Of a DNA stretch of 64,000 bases, positions 18,944-29,018 are shown piece by piece. Position numbers and translations under genes: made by a program. Position 1 is the first letter of the stretch; each line of letters begins with the position of its first letter. This DNA is from Candidatus Sericytochromatia bacterium (GTDB taxonomy: Bacteria; Cyanobacteriota; Sericytochromatia; S15B-MN24; UBA4093): contig JAKFCT010000030.1 of NCBI GenBank assembly GCA_036676495.1, forward strand, positions 23,804 through 87,803. The letters run 5' to 3'. The notes beneath the pieces were generated by a model. The model ran no database searches. It had not been told where the DNA came from and worked only from the letters and a program-made list of their open reading frames with translations.

Positions 18944-21900
18944 ACCTGATCAAACTCGCGATCGCCGGCAGCATGGGGCTCGGCGCCGCGCCGGCCATGG
19001 CCGCCACCAGCTACGAGCCGGGAATCGACTGGCGAACCATCGAAACCCCTCACTTCCGGGTGAACTACCCCGCCGATCTCGCAGATCTCGGGCGCCGCGT
19101 CGCCGCCTACGCCGAAGACGCCCATGCCAAGGTCGCTCCCTACATGAAGGCCGACACCTACGAGAAGACCGAGATCGTCCTCTTCGACACCTACGACGAC
19201 ACCAACGCCAACGCCAGCAACTACCCGCACAATCGGATCCTCCTGAACCTCCACCCGCCCTCGCCGGACGCAGGCCTTCCCATCGGCCGCCACGACGACT
19301 GGATCCGCTACGTCGTCCTGCACGAGTACACGCATATCCTGCACCAGAACCAAACCCACTGGGGCATCAACCAGCTCAACCGCGTGCTGGGCAAGGTCTT
19401 CTTCCAGTACCTGGCCATCCCCGGCGTCCCCAACTTCGTCACCGAGTACATTCCCACCCTGCTTTCCGATTCGCCGCGCTTCATCACCGAAGGCTGGGCG
19501 GTCCACACCGAGTCCCGCTTCACCCCCGGCGGCCGCGGCAAGGAGGGCTTCGGGGACATGCGGCTGCGCATGGCCACGCTCGACAACACGCTCCATCGCC
19601 TGGATCAGGTTAACGGCAGCTATCTGCTCGACTGGCCCGCGGGAGGCAACGAGTACGATTACGGCACCGCCTTCTTCCAGTACATCTCGACCACGTACGG
19701 CGAGGAGGTCCCGGCCCGGATCCTCGAGGTCTTCGGCCGCATGCCCTGGCTCGGCATCGACTTCGCGGTCTCCCAGGTCTTGACGGGAAAGACCTGCACC
19801 ACCCTCTGGAACGAGACCATGGACTGGCTGCGCCAGCGCTACGCCACCCAGGCCATCGAGATCCAGCAGCAGCCGCTGACGGTCTCGAAGGCCCTCACGA
19901 CCTCGGGCCGCTACCATCACCACCCTCGCTGGCTCGCCGACGGCACCTTGGTCTTCACCGAGTCCTACAAGGGCAAGGGCTCCAAGCTGTTGAAGCGCAC
20001 GGCGACGGGCGAAACGGTTCCCCTGATGAGCAAGGACCCGCTCGGAGATTACTCCATGAGCGCGGACGGCAGCAGCCTCGTCTATGCCATGCAGCAGGGC
20101 GACGAAGCCAGCTTCAAGAGCTACTCGGACCTCTACCGTTTCGATACGCGGACCGGCGCGCGAACGCGCCTGACTCAAGAGTTGCGTGCGGCCGATCCCG
20201 CTGTTTCGCCCGACGGAAGCCGGATCGTGACGGTTGTGACCCGGCAGGGCACCAACCACCTCATGCTGCTGGACGCGGACGGAAAGGTCCTGAAGACGCT
20301 GACGGAGCCCACGCCCTCCAAGACCTACGCCAATCCCTCGTGGTCCCCGGACGGCACGCGGATCGTCGCATCGCGCTGGGTCTCCGGCGGCTTCCAGATC
20401 GTGCTCGTCGACCCCGAGACCGGCGCGGAAACCGAGTTGACCCCGGTGGGGGCCCTGGACTACTACCCGTCCTTCACTCCGGACGGCCGGCACATCGTCT
20501 TCACGTCGGACCGCACGGGCGTCTTCAACCTCTACGCTCTCCGGCTCGCCGACAAGGCCCTCTTCCGGGTCACCAACGTCCTGGGCGGAGCCTTCCAGGG
20601 ACGCGTTTCGCCCGATGGATCGACCCTGGCCTTCATCAACTATGGAAGCGCCGGCTTCGACCTCCATGAGATGCCCTTCGACCCCCGCGCCTGGCGCCGC
20701 GTCTCCCCCGACCAGGTCCTCGCCAGCAACTTCGAGGGCCGGTTCGTGCCGTTCACGCTCGAAGCCGCGACTCCGGTCGACATGTCCGTCGCCCTGTCGG
20801 CCACTCCGCGTTCCTATAACCCGTGGCCGTCGATCGCCCCCAACGCCCTCGTCCCTCTGATCGCTCAGGACGAAGGGGGGCTCGCGCTGGGGCTTTCCGC
20901 GTTCGGACAGGACGTCCTGCGGCAGCATACGTACTACGTGCTGGGAGGAGCCGGCCTGACCTCCGGCAGGCCCATTTTTGGCTTCCTATACCAGAACGAC
21001 CAGTTGATGCCGTCGCTGTCGATGACTTACTTCCGGGCTCCGGGAGCGAGCGCCTACCCGTTGATGGTGAACAACCAGCTGACCTTCGGCAGGCTCTGGC
21101 AGGATCAGCAGATGCTGGACCTCAACATGCGGCTTCCCGGCATCCCCTTCCCGCTCCTGGGCGCGAACTGGGTCACGGGGGATTCCTACATGGTCGGCTT
21201 CCGGGCCCAGCATGCCCAGAATTACGCGCTGGGAACCATCGACCGGAGCCAGATCGTGAAGCTCGACGGGGAGGACGCGGATACCCTGCCCCGGTTCGAA
21301 CTCGCCGGGGATCCCGGCCAGAGCAACTCGATCTACGCCATGTTCCAGCGCGCCGACAACTTCACCCGCTCCTACGGGGTGAGCCCCGAGGGAGGTTCGC
21401 TGTCCACCCTGGGCTACGAGAAGGCGTCGCCCTTGCTGGGCGGCCAGGCGAACTTTGATCGGGTCTGGGGCGACTACCGCCGCTACGTTTCCCTGCCCTG
21501 GCAGCATCATGTCCTGGCGCTGCGGGGGACGATGGGGCTGAACTGGGGCAAGAACGGCGGCCACTTCTTCGTGGGAGGCATCGACGCCCCGCACTTCCTC
21601 TCGCAAGTCGATCTCACGGCGGCGACCGACGTCTTCCACTCGTCGATCGGCATGCGGGGTTACGACGTGGCCGGCATCGGCAACAAGATGGCGCTCATGA
21701 GCGCGGAGTATCGCTTCCCGCTGCTGGAGGTGAACCAGGGGCTCTGGACGCTCCCCTTCTACATGGATCGGCTCTACGGGGCACTCGGCTATGACGTGAG
21801 CAATACCTGGGACTCGCCCTTCAGCAGCGTCAGGCAGTTCCAGGCCTCCGAGACCGTGCACGGCGTTTCGGCCGAGCTTCGAAGCAAGCTGACCTTGTTC

Positions 21901-22008
21901 CGGTACTTGCGGACCGACTTCCGGCTGGGCGTTGCCCAGGGGCTCACCACCACGGCATCGACCCGGCCCTCCACCCAGTACATCCTGGGGTTCGGCACCA
22001 CGTTCTAG
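18934..22008 (+). CDS. Paralogous gluzincin + PD40 propeller + Omp85-type barrel protein
   Basis: Signal peptide, VVLHEYTH...FITEGWA, PD40 repeats, GMRGY, EYRFPL, C-terminal GFGTTF. Collinear similarity to 15760..18720. Confidence 0.8.
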   Translation: MKQHLIKLAIAGSMGLGAAPAMAATSYEPGIDWRTIETPHFRVNYPADLADLGRRVAAYAEDAHAKVAPYMKADTYEKTEIVLFDTYDDTNANASNYPHNRILLNLHPPSPDAGLPIGRHDDWIRYVVLHEYTHILHQNQTHWGINQLNRVLGKVFFQYLAIPGVPNFVTEYIPTLLSDSPRFITEGWAVHTESRFTPGGRGKEGFGDMRLRMATLDNTLHRLDQVNGSYLLDWPAGGNEYDYGTAFFQYISTTYGEEVPARILEVFGRMPWLGIDFAVSQVLTGKTCTTLWNETMDWLRQRYATQAIEIQQQPLTVSKALTTSGRYHHHPRWLADGTLVFTESYKGKGSKLLKRTATGETVPLMSKDPLGDYSMSADGSSLVYAMQQGDEASFKSYSDLYRFDTRTGARTRLTQELRAADPAVSPDGSRIVTVVTRQGTNHLMLLDADGKVLKTLTEPTPSKTYANPSWSPDGTRIVASRWVSGGFQIVLVDPETGAETELTPVGALDYYPSFTPDGRHIVFTSDRTGVFNLYALRLADKALFRVTNVLGGAFQGRVSPDGSTLAFINYGSAGFDLHEMPFDPRAWRRVSPDQVLASNFEGRFVPFTLEAATPVDMSVALSATPRSYNPWPSIAPNALVPLIAQDEGGLALGLSAFGQDVLRQHTYYVLGGAGLTSGRPIFGFLYQNDQLMPSLSMTYFRAPGASAYPLMVNNQLTFGRLWQDQQMLDLNMRLPGIPFPLLGANWVTGDSYMVGFRAQHAQNYALGTIDRSQIVKLDGEDADTLPRFELAGDPGQSNSIYAMFQRADNFTRSYGVSPEGGSLSTLGYEKASPLLGGQANFDRVWGDYRRYVSLPWQHHVLALRGTMGLNWGKNGGHFFVGGIDAPHFLSQVDLTAATDVFHSSIGMRGYDVAGIGNKMALMSAEYRFPLLEVNQGLWTLPFYMDRLYGALGYDVSNTWDSPFSSVRQFQASETVHGVSAELRSKLTLFRYLRTDFRLGVAQGLTTTASTRPSTQYILGFGTTF

Positions 22009-22025
22009 CCATCGAGCAAGCCTGC

Positions 22026-22238
22026 TCAGCGCCGGGATCCCGTCTCGCGGGATCCCGGCGCTGGCTCTTGGGGCTCACTGGCGGCGAAGACCACGTCATG
22101 ATGCGGGACTTTCGCGGGCTGATGGGCGACGATCTGGCGGAAGGCGTTCAGCAGGACGTAGAGCGCCAAGAGGCCTCCGGCGATGAGGACGAGCCAGCTG
22201 AACAGGGTGAAGAACCCCACCACGAGATCGTTGAACAT
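22026..22238 (-). CDS. Small single-pass membrane protein
   Basis: GAGGAGG RBS before MFNDLVVGFF, one long hydrophobic helix. Confidence 0.5.
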   Translation of the reverse strand: MFNDLVVGFFTLFSWLVLIAGGLLALYVLLNAFRQIVAHQPAKVPHHDVVFAASEPQEPAPGSRETGSRR

Positions 22239-22426
22239 GGTTCCCTCCTCGTGTCTCCGTGGCCCCAGCCTACCATCTCGACGGCTCCGGAGTCGCCAGG
22301 GAAGCGGGATCTTCGCGGGCGAGGCAAAGCTTAACGGAGGCTTTGCTCGCACTTAACCGCAAAGGCACAAGGGGGGCGCGGCGGAGGGGGATAAAGACTC
22401 AGACCCCCACCCGAGAGGAGGACGCC

Positions 22427-23431
22427 ATGATCGCCGGAGTCGCGAGCCGCCCCTACACCCCCGCCCGTCCCACCACGGCCGTTCGCGCCGGCGGATCGGA
22501 GACCGCGGCGCCTGTAGCCCAGCCTCCGGCGGTGGTGATCCCGTCCCAGGCGGTCGCTCCGATGAGCTTCGACGTCGCGGGGCTCTTCGACGGCATCAAG
22601 AAGTTCTTCAGCGGCATCGTCACCTTCTTCAAGAACCTCTTCGCCCCCAAGGCTCCCAGCAGCACGCTCGATCCCGATACCCAGGCGATCGCCCAGGCCT
22701 ACAACTTGCTTCCGACCAAGGAGAACGTCACGGCCTTCCTCGCCGAGGCGCGGACTTACGAGCAGAACGGCACCCTCGGGCCGGGCAGCCCCAACGCCGA
22801 GGCCATCACCGAAGTGCAGGGCGCCCTGAAGAACTGGGGCTACAACGTCACCGTGAACGGTTCCTACGACAACGCCACCAGCGAGGCGGTCAAGGCCTTC
22901 AAGCGGGCCAACGGCCTGCATCAAACCTACAAGATGGCCGACGGCTCCTGGGCGGTCAACGAGTACTTCGACAACGCCACCCTCGCCAAGATGCGCGAGC
23001 TGCTGACCTCGGGCCAGACGCCCCCCGCGACTCCCCCGGTCCAGACGCCGCCGGCGACCACCACGCCTACTCCCACCCAGCCGGGAAGCCTCAACTACCA
23101 GGCGATCGCCACCCAGTACAAGCTCCAATCCAGCGAGAGCAACGTCAACGCCTTCCTCGCCGAGGTCCGCGAGTACGCCAACAACGGAACGCTCGGGCCG
23201 GACTACCCCAACGCCGAAGACATCGCCGAGCTGCAAGGGATCCTGCAGTCCTGGGGCTACACCGTGTCGCCAACCGGCGCCTGGGATGCCGCCACCAGCC
23301 AGGCCATCATGAAGTTCAAGCTGGACAATGGCCTTCACCAGTCGTACAAGTCCGTGGACGGGAACTGGGCGGTCAACGAGTACGCCGAACCCCAGACCCT
23401 CGCCAAGATTCGCGAGAAGCTCGGGCTCTAA
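22427..23431 (+). CDS. Protein with two peptidoglycan-binding (PG_binding_1-like) domains
   Basis: Two repeats of TLGP......I.E.Q..L..WGY.V..G.(Y/W)D.ATS.A...FK..NGL. GAGGAGG RBS. Confidence 0.75.
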   Translation: MIAGVASRPYTPARPTTAVRAGGSETAAPVAQPPAVVIPSQAVAPMSFDVAGLFDGIKKFFSGIVTFFKNLFAPKAPSSTLDPDTQAIAQAYNLLPTKENVTAFLAEARTYEQNGTLGPGSPNAEAITEVQGALKNWGYNVTVNGSYDNATSEAVKAFKRANGLHQTYKMADGSWAVNEYFDNATLAKMRELLTSGQTPPATPPVQTPPATTTPTPTQPGSLNYQAIATQYKLQSSESNVNAFLAEVREYANNGTLGPDYPNAEDIAELQGILQSWGYTVSPTGAWDAATSQAIMKFKLDNGLHQSYKSVDGNWAVNEYAEPQTLAKIREKLGL

Positions 23432-23446
23432 ACCTCGCAAACGTCC

Positions 23447-23476
23447 GGGCCCCCTGCCGAAGCCGGCAGGGGGCCC
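23447..23476. terminator. Hairpin between convergent genes
   Basis: GGGCCCCCTGCCG-AAGC-CGGCAGGGGGCCC. Confidence 0.5.
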
Positions 23477-23512
23477 TTCTCATGGACCGTGTTCGAAGCG
23501 GGTCGAAGGCGT

Positions 23513-24175
23513 TCAGCTCGCCGTGCTGCTGGAGCGAAGTCGCCCGGTTCCCCGGAAGCGCTGGCTGAGGGAAGCGAATTGCCCGCTCTGAGAATCGTAG
23601 GCGAAGACCTCTCCGGTTTCGAGCTTGTAGACCCAGGCGTGCAACCGAAGGTCGCCCTTGGCGAGCCGCGCGGCGACCGGGGGCAAGGTACGAAGGTTCT
23701 CCAGCTGCACCAGGACGTTCTCCTCCACCGTGGCGGTCCGGAGCGCCTCGCCCGTCAAGTGGGGGTAATTCTCGCGGATGATCCTGGTCGTCTCCTTGGC
23801 ATGCGAGAGCCACTCGGCCATGGCGGGAAGATCCTTGAGCGGCGTGGGATCGAGCAGGCACTCGACGGCACCGCAGTGGGAATGGCCGCAGATGATGATG
23901 TCCGTGACGCCCAGGACCGAGACGGCGAACTCGATGGTCGCCGCTTCGCCGGAGTTGGGGGCCCCATACGGAGGCACGATATTGCCGGCGTTACGCAGGA
24001 TAAAAATATCCCCCGGCTCGGTCTGGGTCAGCAGGTTGGGATTGATGCGGGAGTCCGAGCAGGTGATGAAGAGGGCTTCCGGATCCTGCCCATGCGCCAA
24101 GCGCTCGAAGAGCTCCTTGTGGGAGCTGAAGACGTTCTTCTGGAATTCGTGGATGCCTTGTACCAGTTTTTGCAT
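23513..24175 (-). CDS. can: Beta-class carbonic anhydrase
   Basis: [29 protein letters not shown]. Confidence 0.93.
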   Translation of the reverse strand: MQKLVQGIHEFQKNVFSSHKELFERLAHGQDPEALFITCSDSRINPNLLTQTEPGDIFILRNAGNIVPPYGAPNSGEAATIEFAVSVLGVTDIIICGHSHCGAVECLLDPTPLKDLPAMAEWLSHAKETTRIIRENYPHLTGEALRTATVEENVLVQLENLRTLPPVAARLAKGDLRLHAWVYKLETGEVFAYDSQSGQFASLSQRFRGTGRLRSSSTAS

Positions 24176-24342
24176 GCGCACACGCTCCTTAATCATCAGA
24201 TCACTCTACGGGGAAAAACGCCAAGGAGTCCAGCCCCCCGTTTTAATGCCGCGCCATGCTTTCCTTCCATAGTCTACAATGAACGGTAATTCGTTTTTGC
24301 ATCAATTCGCGTCGGTTTTGGAAGCGGTTGGGAGGAGCGAGG

Positions 24343-25440
24343 ATGAATGATGACGAGCGCCTTTACGCCCTGGCCTTGATGGGGGTCGCGGGGATCGGCT
24401 CGCGCCGGATCGCCCATCTCGTCGCGCGCTTCGGCTCGCGGGCCGCCGCGTGGCAAGCTCCGAAGCCCGACCTTCACCGCGTGCCGGCCCTGGGTCCCAA
24501 GGCGCTGGAGGCGCTCGAAAGCAGCCGACGCGGACCGGACGCCTTGGCGGCGGCCCGGCGCGAGCTCGACTCCTTCGAGGCGCGGGGGATCGCGATGCTG
24601 CTTCCGGAGGATCCGGCTTACCCGCCCTTGCTTCGCGAGATCCCGGATCCCCCGGCGGCCCTCTTCATGCGGGGCCAGCTCGGAGCCCATGGCCCGCGGG
24701 TGGCCCTGGTCGGAACGCGCGCGGCCAGCGCCTACGGGTTGCGCACGGCGCGGCGCCTGGCGGCGGAGCTCGCTGAGCGCGGAGTGACCGTGGTGAGCGG
24801 CCTGGCCATCGGGATCGACGCGGCCGCGCATGCCGGGGCCCTGGAGGCGGGTGTGACCCTGGCCGTGCTGGGCTCGGGAGTCGATCAGGTGCATCCGGCC
24901 TGCAACCGCCGGCTGGCCCGGCAGATCGTGGACGGCGGCGGGGGGCTCCTCAGTGAGTATCCCCCCGCGACCCCGCCGGCGCCGGGGCAGTTTCCCGCCC
25001 GAAACCGGATCGTCAGCGGCATGTGCCATGCCACGGTGGTCGTGGAGGCCCCCTTGCGCTCGGGAGCGCTGATCACCGCGGATCTCGCCCTGGAGCAGGG
25101 CCGGGAGGTGATGGCGGTGCCGGGGGGCATCGACCAGGTCCAGAGCGCCGGGGCGCTCGCGCTCCTGAGCCAGGGGGCCAAGCTGGTCACGGGAGTCGAG
25201 GACATCCTAGCGGAGATCCCGGCCGCCGCGCCGCGACCTCCCCGGCCCCGGATGCCGCGGGATCTCCCGCCCGAGGAAGCCCGGGTCCTGGAGGCCCTGG
25301 GGGAGACTCCCCGGCATGCGGATCAGGTCGTCTCCGCAACAGGCCTTCCGGCAGCGGTAGTCACCGGACTCCTCCTGGTGCTAGAATTGAAGGCCTTTGT
25401 CGTCCAGCTCCCCGGCAACACTTACATCCGTCACCCTTAA
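24343..25440 (+). CDS. dprA: DNA-processing protein DprA/Smf
   Basis: YPPLLREIPDPP, VGTR, VVSGLAIGID, FPARNRIVSG, SGALITA, C-terminal winged helix. Confidence 0.93.
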   Translation: MNDDERLYALALMGVAGIGSRRIAHLVARFGSRAAAWQAPKPDLHRVPALGPKALEALESSRRGPDALAAARRELDSFEARGIAMLLPEDPAYPPLLREIPDPPAALFMRGQLGAHGPRVALVGTRAASAYGLRTARRLAAELAERGVTVVSGLAIGIDAAAHAGALEAGVTLAVLGSGVDQVHPACNRRLARQIVDGGGGLLSEYPPATPPAPGQFPARNRIVSGMCHATVVVEAPLRSGALITADLALEQGREVMAVPGGIDQVQSAGALALLSQGAKLVTGVEDILAEIPAAAPRPPRPRMPRDLPPEEARVLEALGETPRHADQVVSATGLPAAVVTGLLLVLELKAFVVQLPGNTYIRHP

Positions 25441-25500
25441 AGTGGCGCTGCGCCGCGGTTCGGGGAGCCCATACCGCGGGCCTAATCTCATGAGGTGCTT

Positions 25501-27678
25501 ATGGCAGCCAAATCGCTGGTCATCGTAGAAAGTCCCGCCAAGGCCAAGACGATCGCAAAGATCCTGGGGAAGGACTTCTTCGTCAAAGCCTCCGCGGGCC
25601 ACGTCCGGGACCTTCCCAAGAAGGGCCTCGGCGTGGACGTCAAGCGCAACTTCCAGCCGCAGTACGAGGTCCTGGCCGAGAAGGCCAAGGTCGTCAACGA
25701 GCTGCGCGAAGCCGCCTTGGAGGCCAAGGACATCTACCTCGCCCCTGACCCGGACCGGGAAGGGGAGGCGATCGCCTGGCACCTCGCCAACATCCTCGAG
25801 GACGTCTCCAAGCCCCTGCGCCGGATCGAGTTCAACGAGATCACCAAGGACGCGATCCTGCGGGCGATCCAGCATCCTCGCGACATCGACCAGCCGCGCG
25901 TGAACGCCCAGCAGGCCCGCCGCGTCCTCGATCGCCTCGTGGGCTACAAGATCTCGCCCCTGCTTTGGCAGAAGGTCCGCCGCGGCCTGTCGGCCGGCCG
26001 CGTCCAGTCGGTGGCCGTCCGCCTGATCTGCGACCGCGAGGACGAGATCCGCAAGTTCCAGCCCAAGGAATACTGGACCCTGACCGCCGAGCTGCTCAAG
26101 GGCGCGGCCAAGACCGCCTTCCCCGCCGAGCTGGCCCGCTGGAAGGCCAAGAAGCCCGACATCGGCTCGCAGGCCGAGTCCGACGCCATCGTCGCCGCCC
26201 TCTCGGGAGCGGAGTACGTCGTCTCCAAGGTCGCGACCAAGGAGCAGAAGCGCCAGCCCTCGGCCCCCTTCATCACCTCGACCCTGCAGCAAGAGGCCTC
26301 CCGCCGCTACGGCTTCACCGTCAAGCGCACCATGACCCTTGCCCAGCAGCTCTACGAGGGCATCGAGCTGGGTTCGGAAGGCCCGGTCGGTCTCATCACC
26401 TACATGCGTACCGACTCGGTGCGCATCGCCGACGAGGCCTGGGAAGAGGCCAGCCAGTACATCGCGGAGCGCTACGGCAAGCAGTACCTGCCGCCCAGCC
26501 GCCGCCAGTACGCCTCCAAGAAGGGCGCGCAGGAGGCTCACGAAGCCATCCGCCCGACCTCGATCACCCGGACCCCGGAGTCGGTCAAGTCGCACCTGAC
26601 GCCGGATCAGTTCAAGCTCTACCGCGTCATCTGGGAGCGCTTCGCCGCCAGCCAGATGGCCAACGCCACCCTGGCCGTGACCTCCGTGGACATCACCGCC
26701 GGCGACGGCATCTTCCGCGCCTCGGACACCAAGGTGGTCTTCGCCGGCTACCAGGCCGTCTACATGGAGACTCCCGAGGACGACGAGGAGGCCGAGAAGA
26801 AGCCCTCCAAGCTGCCGGACCTCAAGGAAGGCGACAAGCTCAAGCTGAAGGCGCTGAGTCCCAAGCAGCACTTCACCCAGCCGCCCCCGCGGTTCACCGA
26901 AGCGACGCTGGTCCGGACCCTCGAAGAGAAGGGCATTGGACGCCCGTCGACCTACGCTCCGACCATCGCCACGGTCCAGGATCGCGGCTACGTCGAGAAG
27001 GACGGCCGCGCCCTCAAGCCCACCGAGCTCGGCATGCAGGTCAACGAACAGCTGGTCCAGCACTTCCCCGACATCGTCGACGTGAACTTCACCGCCGACA
27101 TGGAGGACAAGCTCGACTCCGTCGAAACCGGCGAGCGCGAGTGGCAGCTGATCATCTCGAACTTCTACGAGCCCTTCCAGCAGACCCTCAAGACGGCCGC
27201 CAAGGAAATGAAGCCCGTGGCCATCCCCTCCGGCGAGAACTGCGAGAACTGCGGCGCGGAGATGCTGATCAAGTCGGGCCGCTTCGGCGAGTTCATGGCC
27301 TGCTCCAAGTATCCCGAATGCAAGACCACCAAGCCCATCATCAAGAAGGTGGGAGTGGCCTGCAAGACTCCGGGCTGCACGGGCGACATCATCATCAAGC
27401 GCACCCGCACGGGCAAGACCTTCTACGGCTGCTCGAAGTACCCCGAGTGCACCTTCACCTCCTGGGATCAGCCCACCGATACCCACTGCGTGAAGTGCAG
27501 CACCTACATGGTGATCAAGCGCTCCAAGGCGGGACGGAGCTTCCTCCTCTGCACCAACGCGGACTGCAAGAACATCCAGAACCTCCCCAAGAAGGCCGCT
27601 TCGGCCGACGGCAAGGGCGGCTCGGAGGAGGGTTCCGAGTCCGAAGCGGCGAGCGCGGAATCCGGAAAGGAGTCCTAG
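25501..27678 (+). CDS. topA: DNA topoisomerase I
   Basis: LVIVESPAKAK, DPDREGE, SAGRVQS, LITYMRTDS, C-terminal zinc ribbons. Confidence 0.97.
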   Translation: MAAKSLVIVESPAKAKTIAKILGKDFFVKASAGHVRDLPKKGLGVDVKRNFQPQYEVLAEKAKVVNELREAALEAKDIYLAPDPDREGEAIAWHLANILEDVSKPLRRIEFNEITKDAILRAIQHPRDIDQPRVNAQQARRVLDRLVGYKISPLLWQKVRRGLSAGRVQSVAVRLICDREDEIRKFQPKEYWTLTAELLKGAAKTAFPAELARWKAKKPDIGSQAESDAIVAALSGAEYVVSKVATKEQKRQPSAPFITSTLQQEASRRYGFTVKRTMTLAQQLYEGIELGSEGPVGLITYMRTDSVRIADEAWEEASQYIAERYGKQYLPPSRRQYASKKGAQEAHEAIRPTSITRTPESVKSHLTPDQFKLYRVIWERFAASQMANATLAVTSVDITAGDGIFRASDTKVVFAGYQAVYMETPEDDEEAEKKPSKLPDLKEGDKLKLKALSPKQHFTQPPPRFTEATLVRTLEEKGIGRPSTYAPTIATVQDRGYVEKDGRALKPTELGMQVNEQLVQHFPDIVDVNFTADMEDKLDSVETGEREWQLIISNFYEPFQQTLKTAAKEMKPVAIPSGENCENCGAEMLIKSGRFGEFMACSKYPECKTTKPIIKKVGVACKTPGCTGDIIIKRTRTGKTFYGCSKYPECTFTSWDQPTDTHCVKCSTYMVIKRSKAGRSFLLCTNADCKNIQNLPKKAASADGKGGSEEGSESEAASAESGKES

Positions 27679-27679
27679 C

Positions 27680-28996
27680 ATGCGCGCCAAGGTCATCGGC
27701 GGCGGGCTGGCCGGGTCGGAAGCGGCCTGGCAGCTCGCCCAGCGGGGCATCGACGTGGACCTCTACGAGATGCGCCCTCAGGTCTCCACCAAGGCGCATC
27801 ATACCGATCGCCTGGCGGAGCTGGTCTGCTCGAACTCCCTGGGCTCCTTCGGCATGGGCAACGCCTCGGGCCTCATCAAGGCGGAGATGCGCAAGCTGGG
27901 CTCCTTGATCCTCCAGGCGGCCGATCATGCCCAGGTGCCGGCAGGCGGGGCGCTGGCGGTCGACCGCGATCGCTTCGCGGCCTTCGTCACCGAGAAGATC
28001 GGCCAGCACCCCCGGATCACGCTGCACCGCGAGGAGCACCATGCCCTCGACGAGGCGGAGCCCACCATCATCGCCACGGGCCCCCTGACCTCGGAGGCCC
28101 TCTCCGAGGAGTTGCGCCGGCGCACCGGGGCCGAACACCTTCACTTCTACGACGCCGCCGCCCCCATCGTGACGCTCGAAAGCCTGGACATGGACAAGAT
28201 CTTCCGCCAGGCCCGCTACGACAAGGGCGAGGGAGTGTACCTCAACTGCCCCTTCACCAAGGAGGAGTACGAGGCCTTCTGGACGGCCCTGACCCAGGCC
28301 GAAGGCGCCGTCCTGCACCTGGGCGCCGAGGAGAAGAACTTCTTCGAGGGCTGCTTGCCCGCCGAAGTGATCGCGCGCCGCGGGATCGACACCCTGCGCT
28401 ACGGTCCCATGAAGCCGGTCGGCCTCACCGATCCCCGCACGGGACGGCGGCCCTACGCCGTGCTTCAGCTCCGGCAGGACAACGTCGCCGGCGACCTCTA
28501 CAACATGGTCGGCTTCCAGACCCAGCTCAAATGGGGCGAGCAGAAGCGCGTCTTCCAGATGATCCCCGGCATGGAGCATGCCGAGTTCGTCCGGCTGGGC
28601 GTCATGCACCGCAATACCTACCTGGCGTCCCCGGCCTTCCTCAACGCCTCGTTGCAGTGGCGCGAGCATCCCAACTGGTTCCTGGCCGGACAGCTCATCG
28701 GGGTGGAAGGCTACACCGAGTCCACGGCCGCCGGCCTCATCGCCGGCATCAACCTGGCCCGGGTCATGCGCGGCGAGGCTCCTTTGGTCCTGCCGCGGAC
28801 GACCATGCTCGGTTCGCTGCTCCACTACGTCTCGCACGCCGAAGCCAAGACCTTCCAGCCGATGAACTCCAACTGGGGCATCCTCGAGCCCTGGCCGGAG
28901 AAGATCCGGGACAAGGTCCAGCGGCACCAGCTACAGGCCGAGCGCGCGCTCGCCGACCTGGAAGCGACCATGGCCAGCGAGCTCGCCCCCGTCTAG
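27680..28996 (+). CDS. trmFO: Folate/FAD-dependent tRNA U54 methyltransferase TrmFO (Gid)
   Basis: IGGGLAGSEAAWQ, AELVCSNS, VGFQTQLK, GVMHRNTY, GVEGYTES. Confidence 0.96.
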   Translation: MRAKVIGGGLAGSEAAWQLAQRGIDVDLYEMRPQVSTKAHHTDRLAELVCSNSLGSFGMGNASGLIKAEMRKLGSLILQAADHAQVPAGGALAVDRDRFAAFVTEKIGQHPRITLHREEHHALDEAEPTIIATGPLTSEALSEELRRRTGAEHLHFYDAAAPIVTLESLDMDKIFRQARYDKGEGVYLNCPFTKEEYEAFWTALTQAEGAVLHLGAEEKNFFEGCLPAEVIARRGIDTLRYGPMKPVGLTDPRTGRRPYAVLQLRQDNVAGDLYNMVGFQTQLKWGEQKRVFQMIPGMEHAEFVRLGVMHRNTYLASPAFLNASLQWREHPNWFLAGQLIGVEGYTESTAAGLIAGINLARVMRGEAPLVLPRTTMLGSLLHYVSHAEAKTFQPMNSNWGILEPWPEKIRDKVQRHQLQAERALADLEATMASELAPV

Positions 28997-29018
28997 CGCC
29001 CCGCGACGGCGCGGGCCA

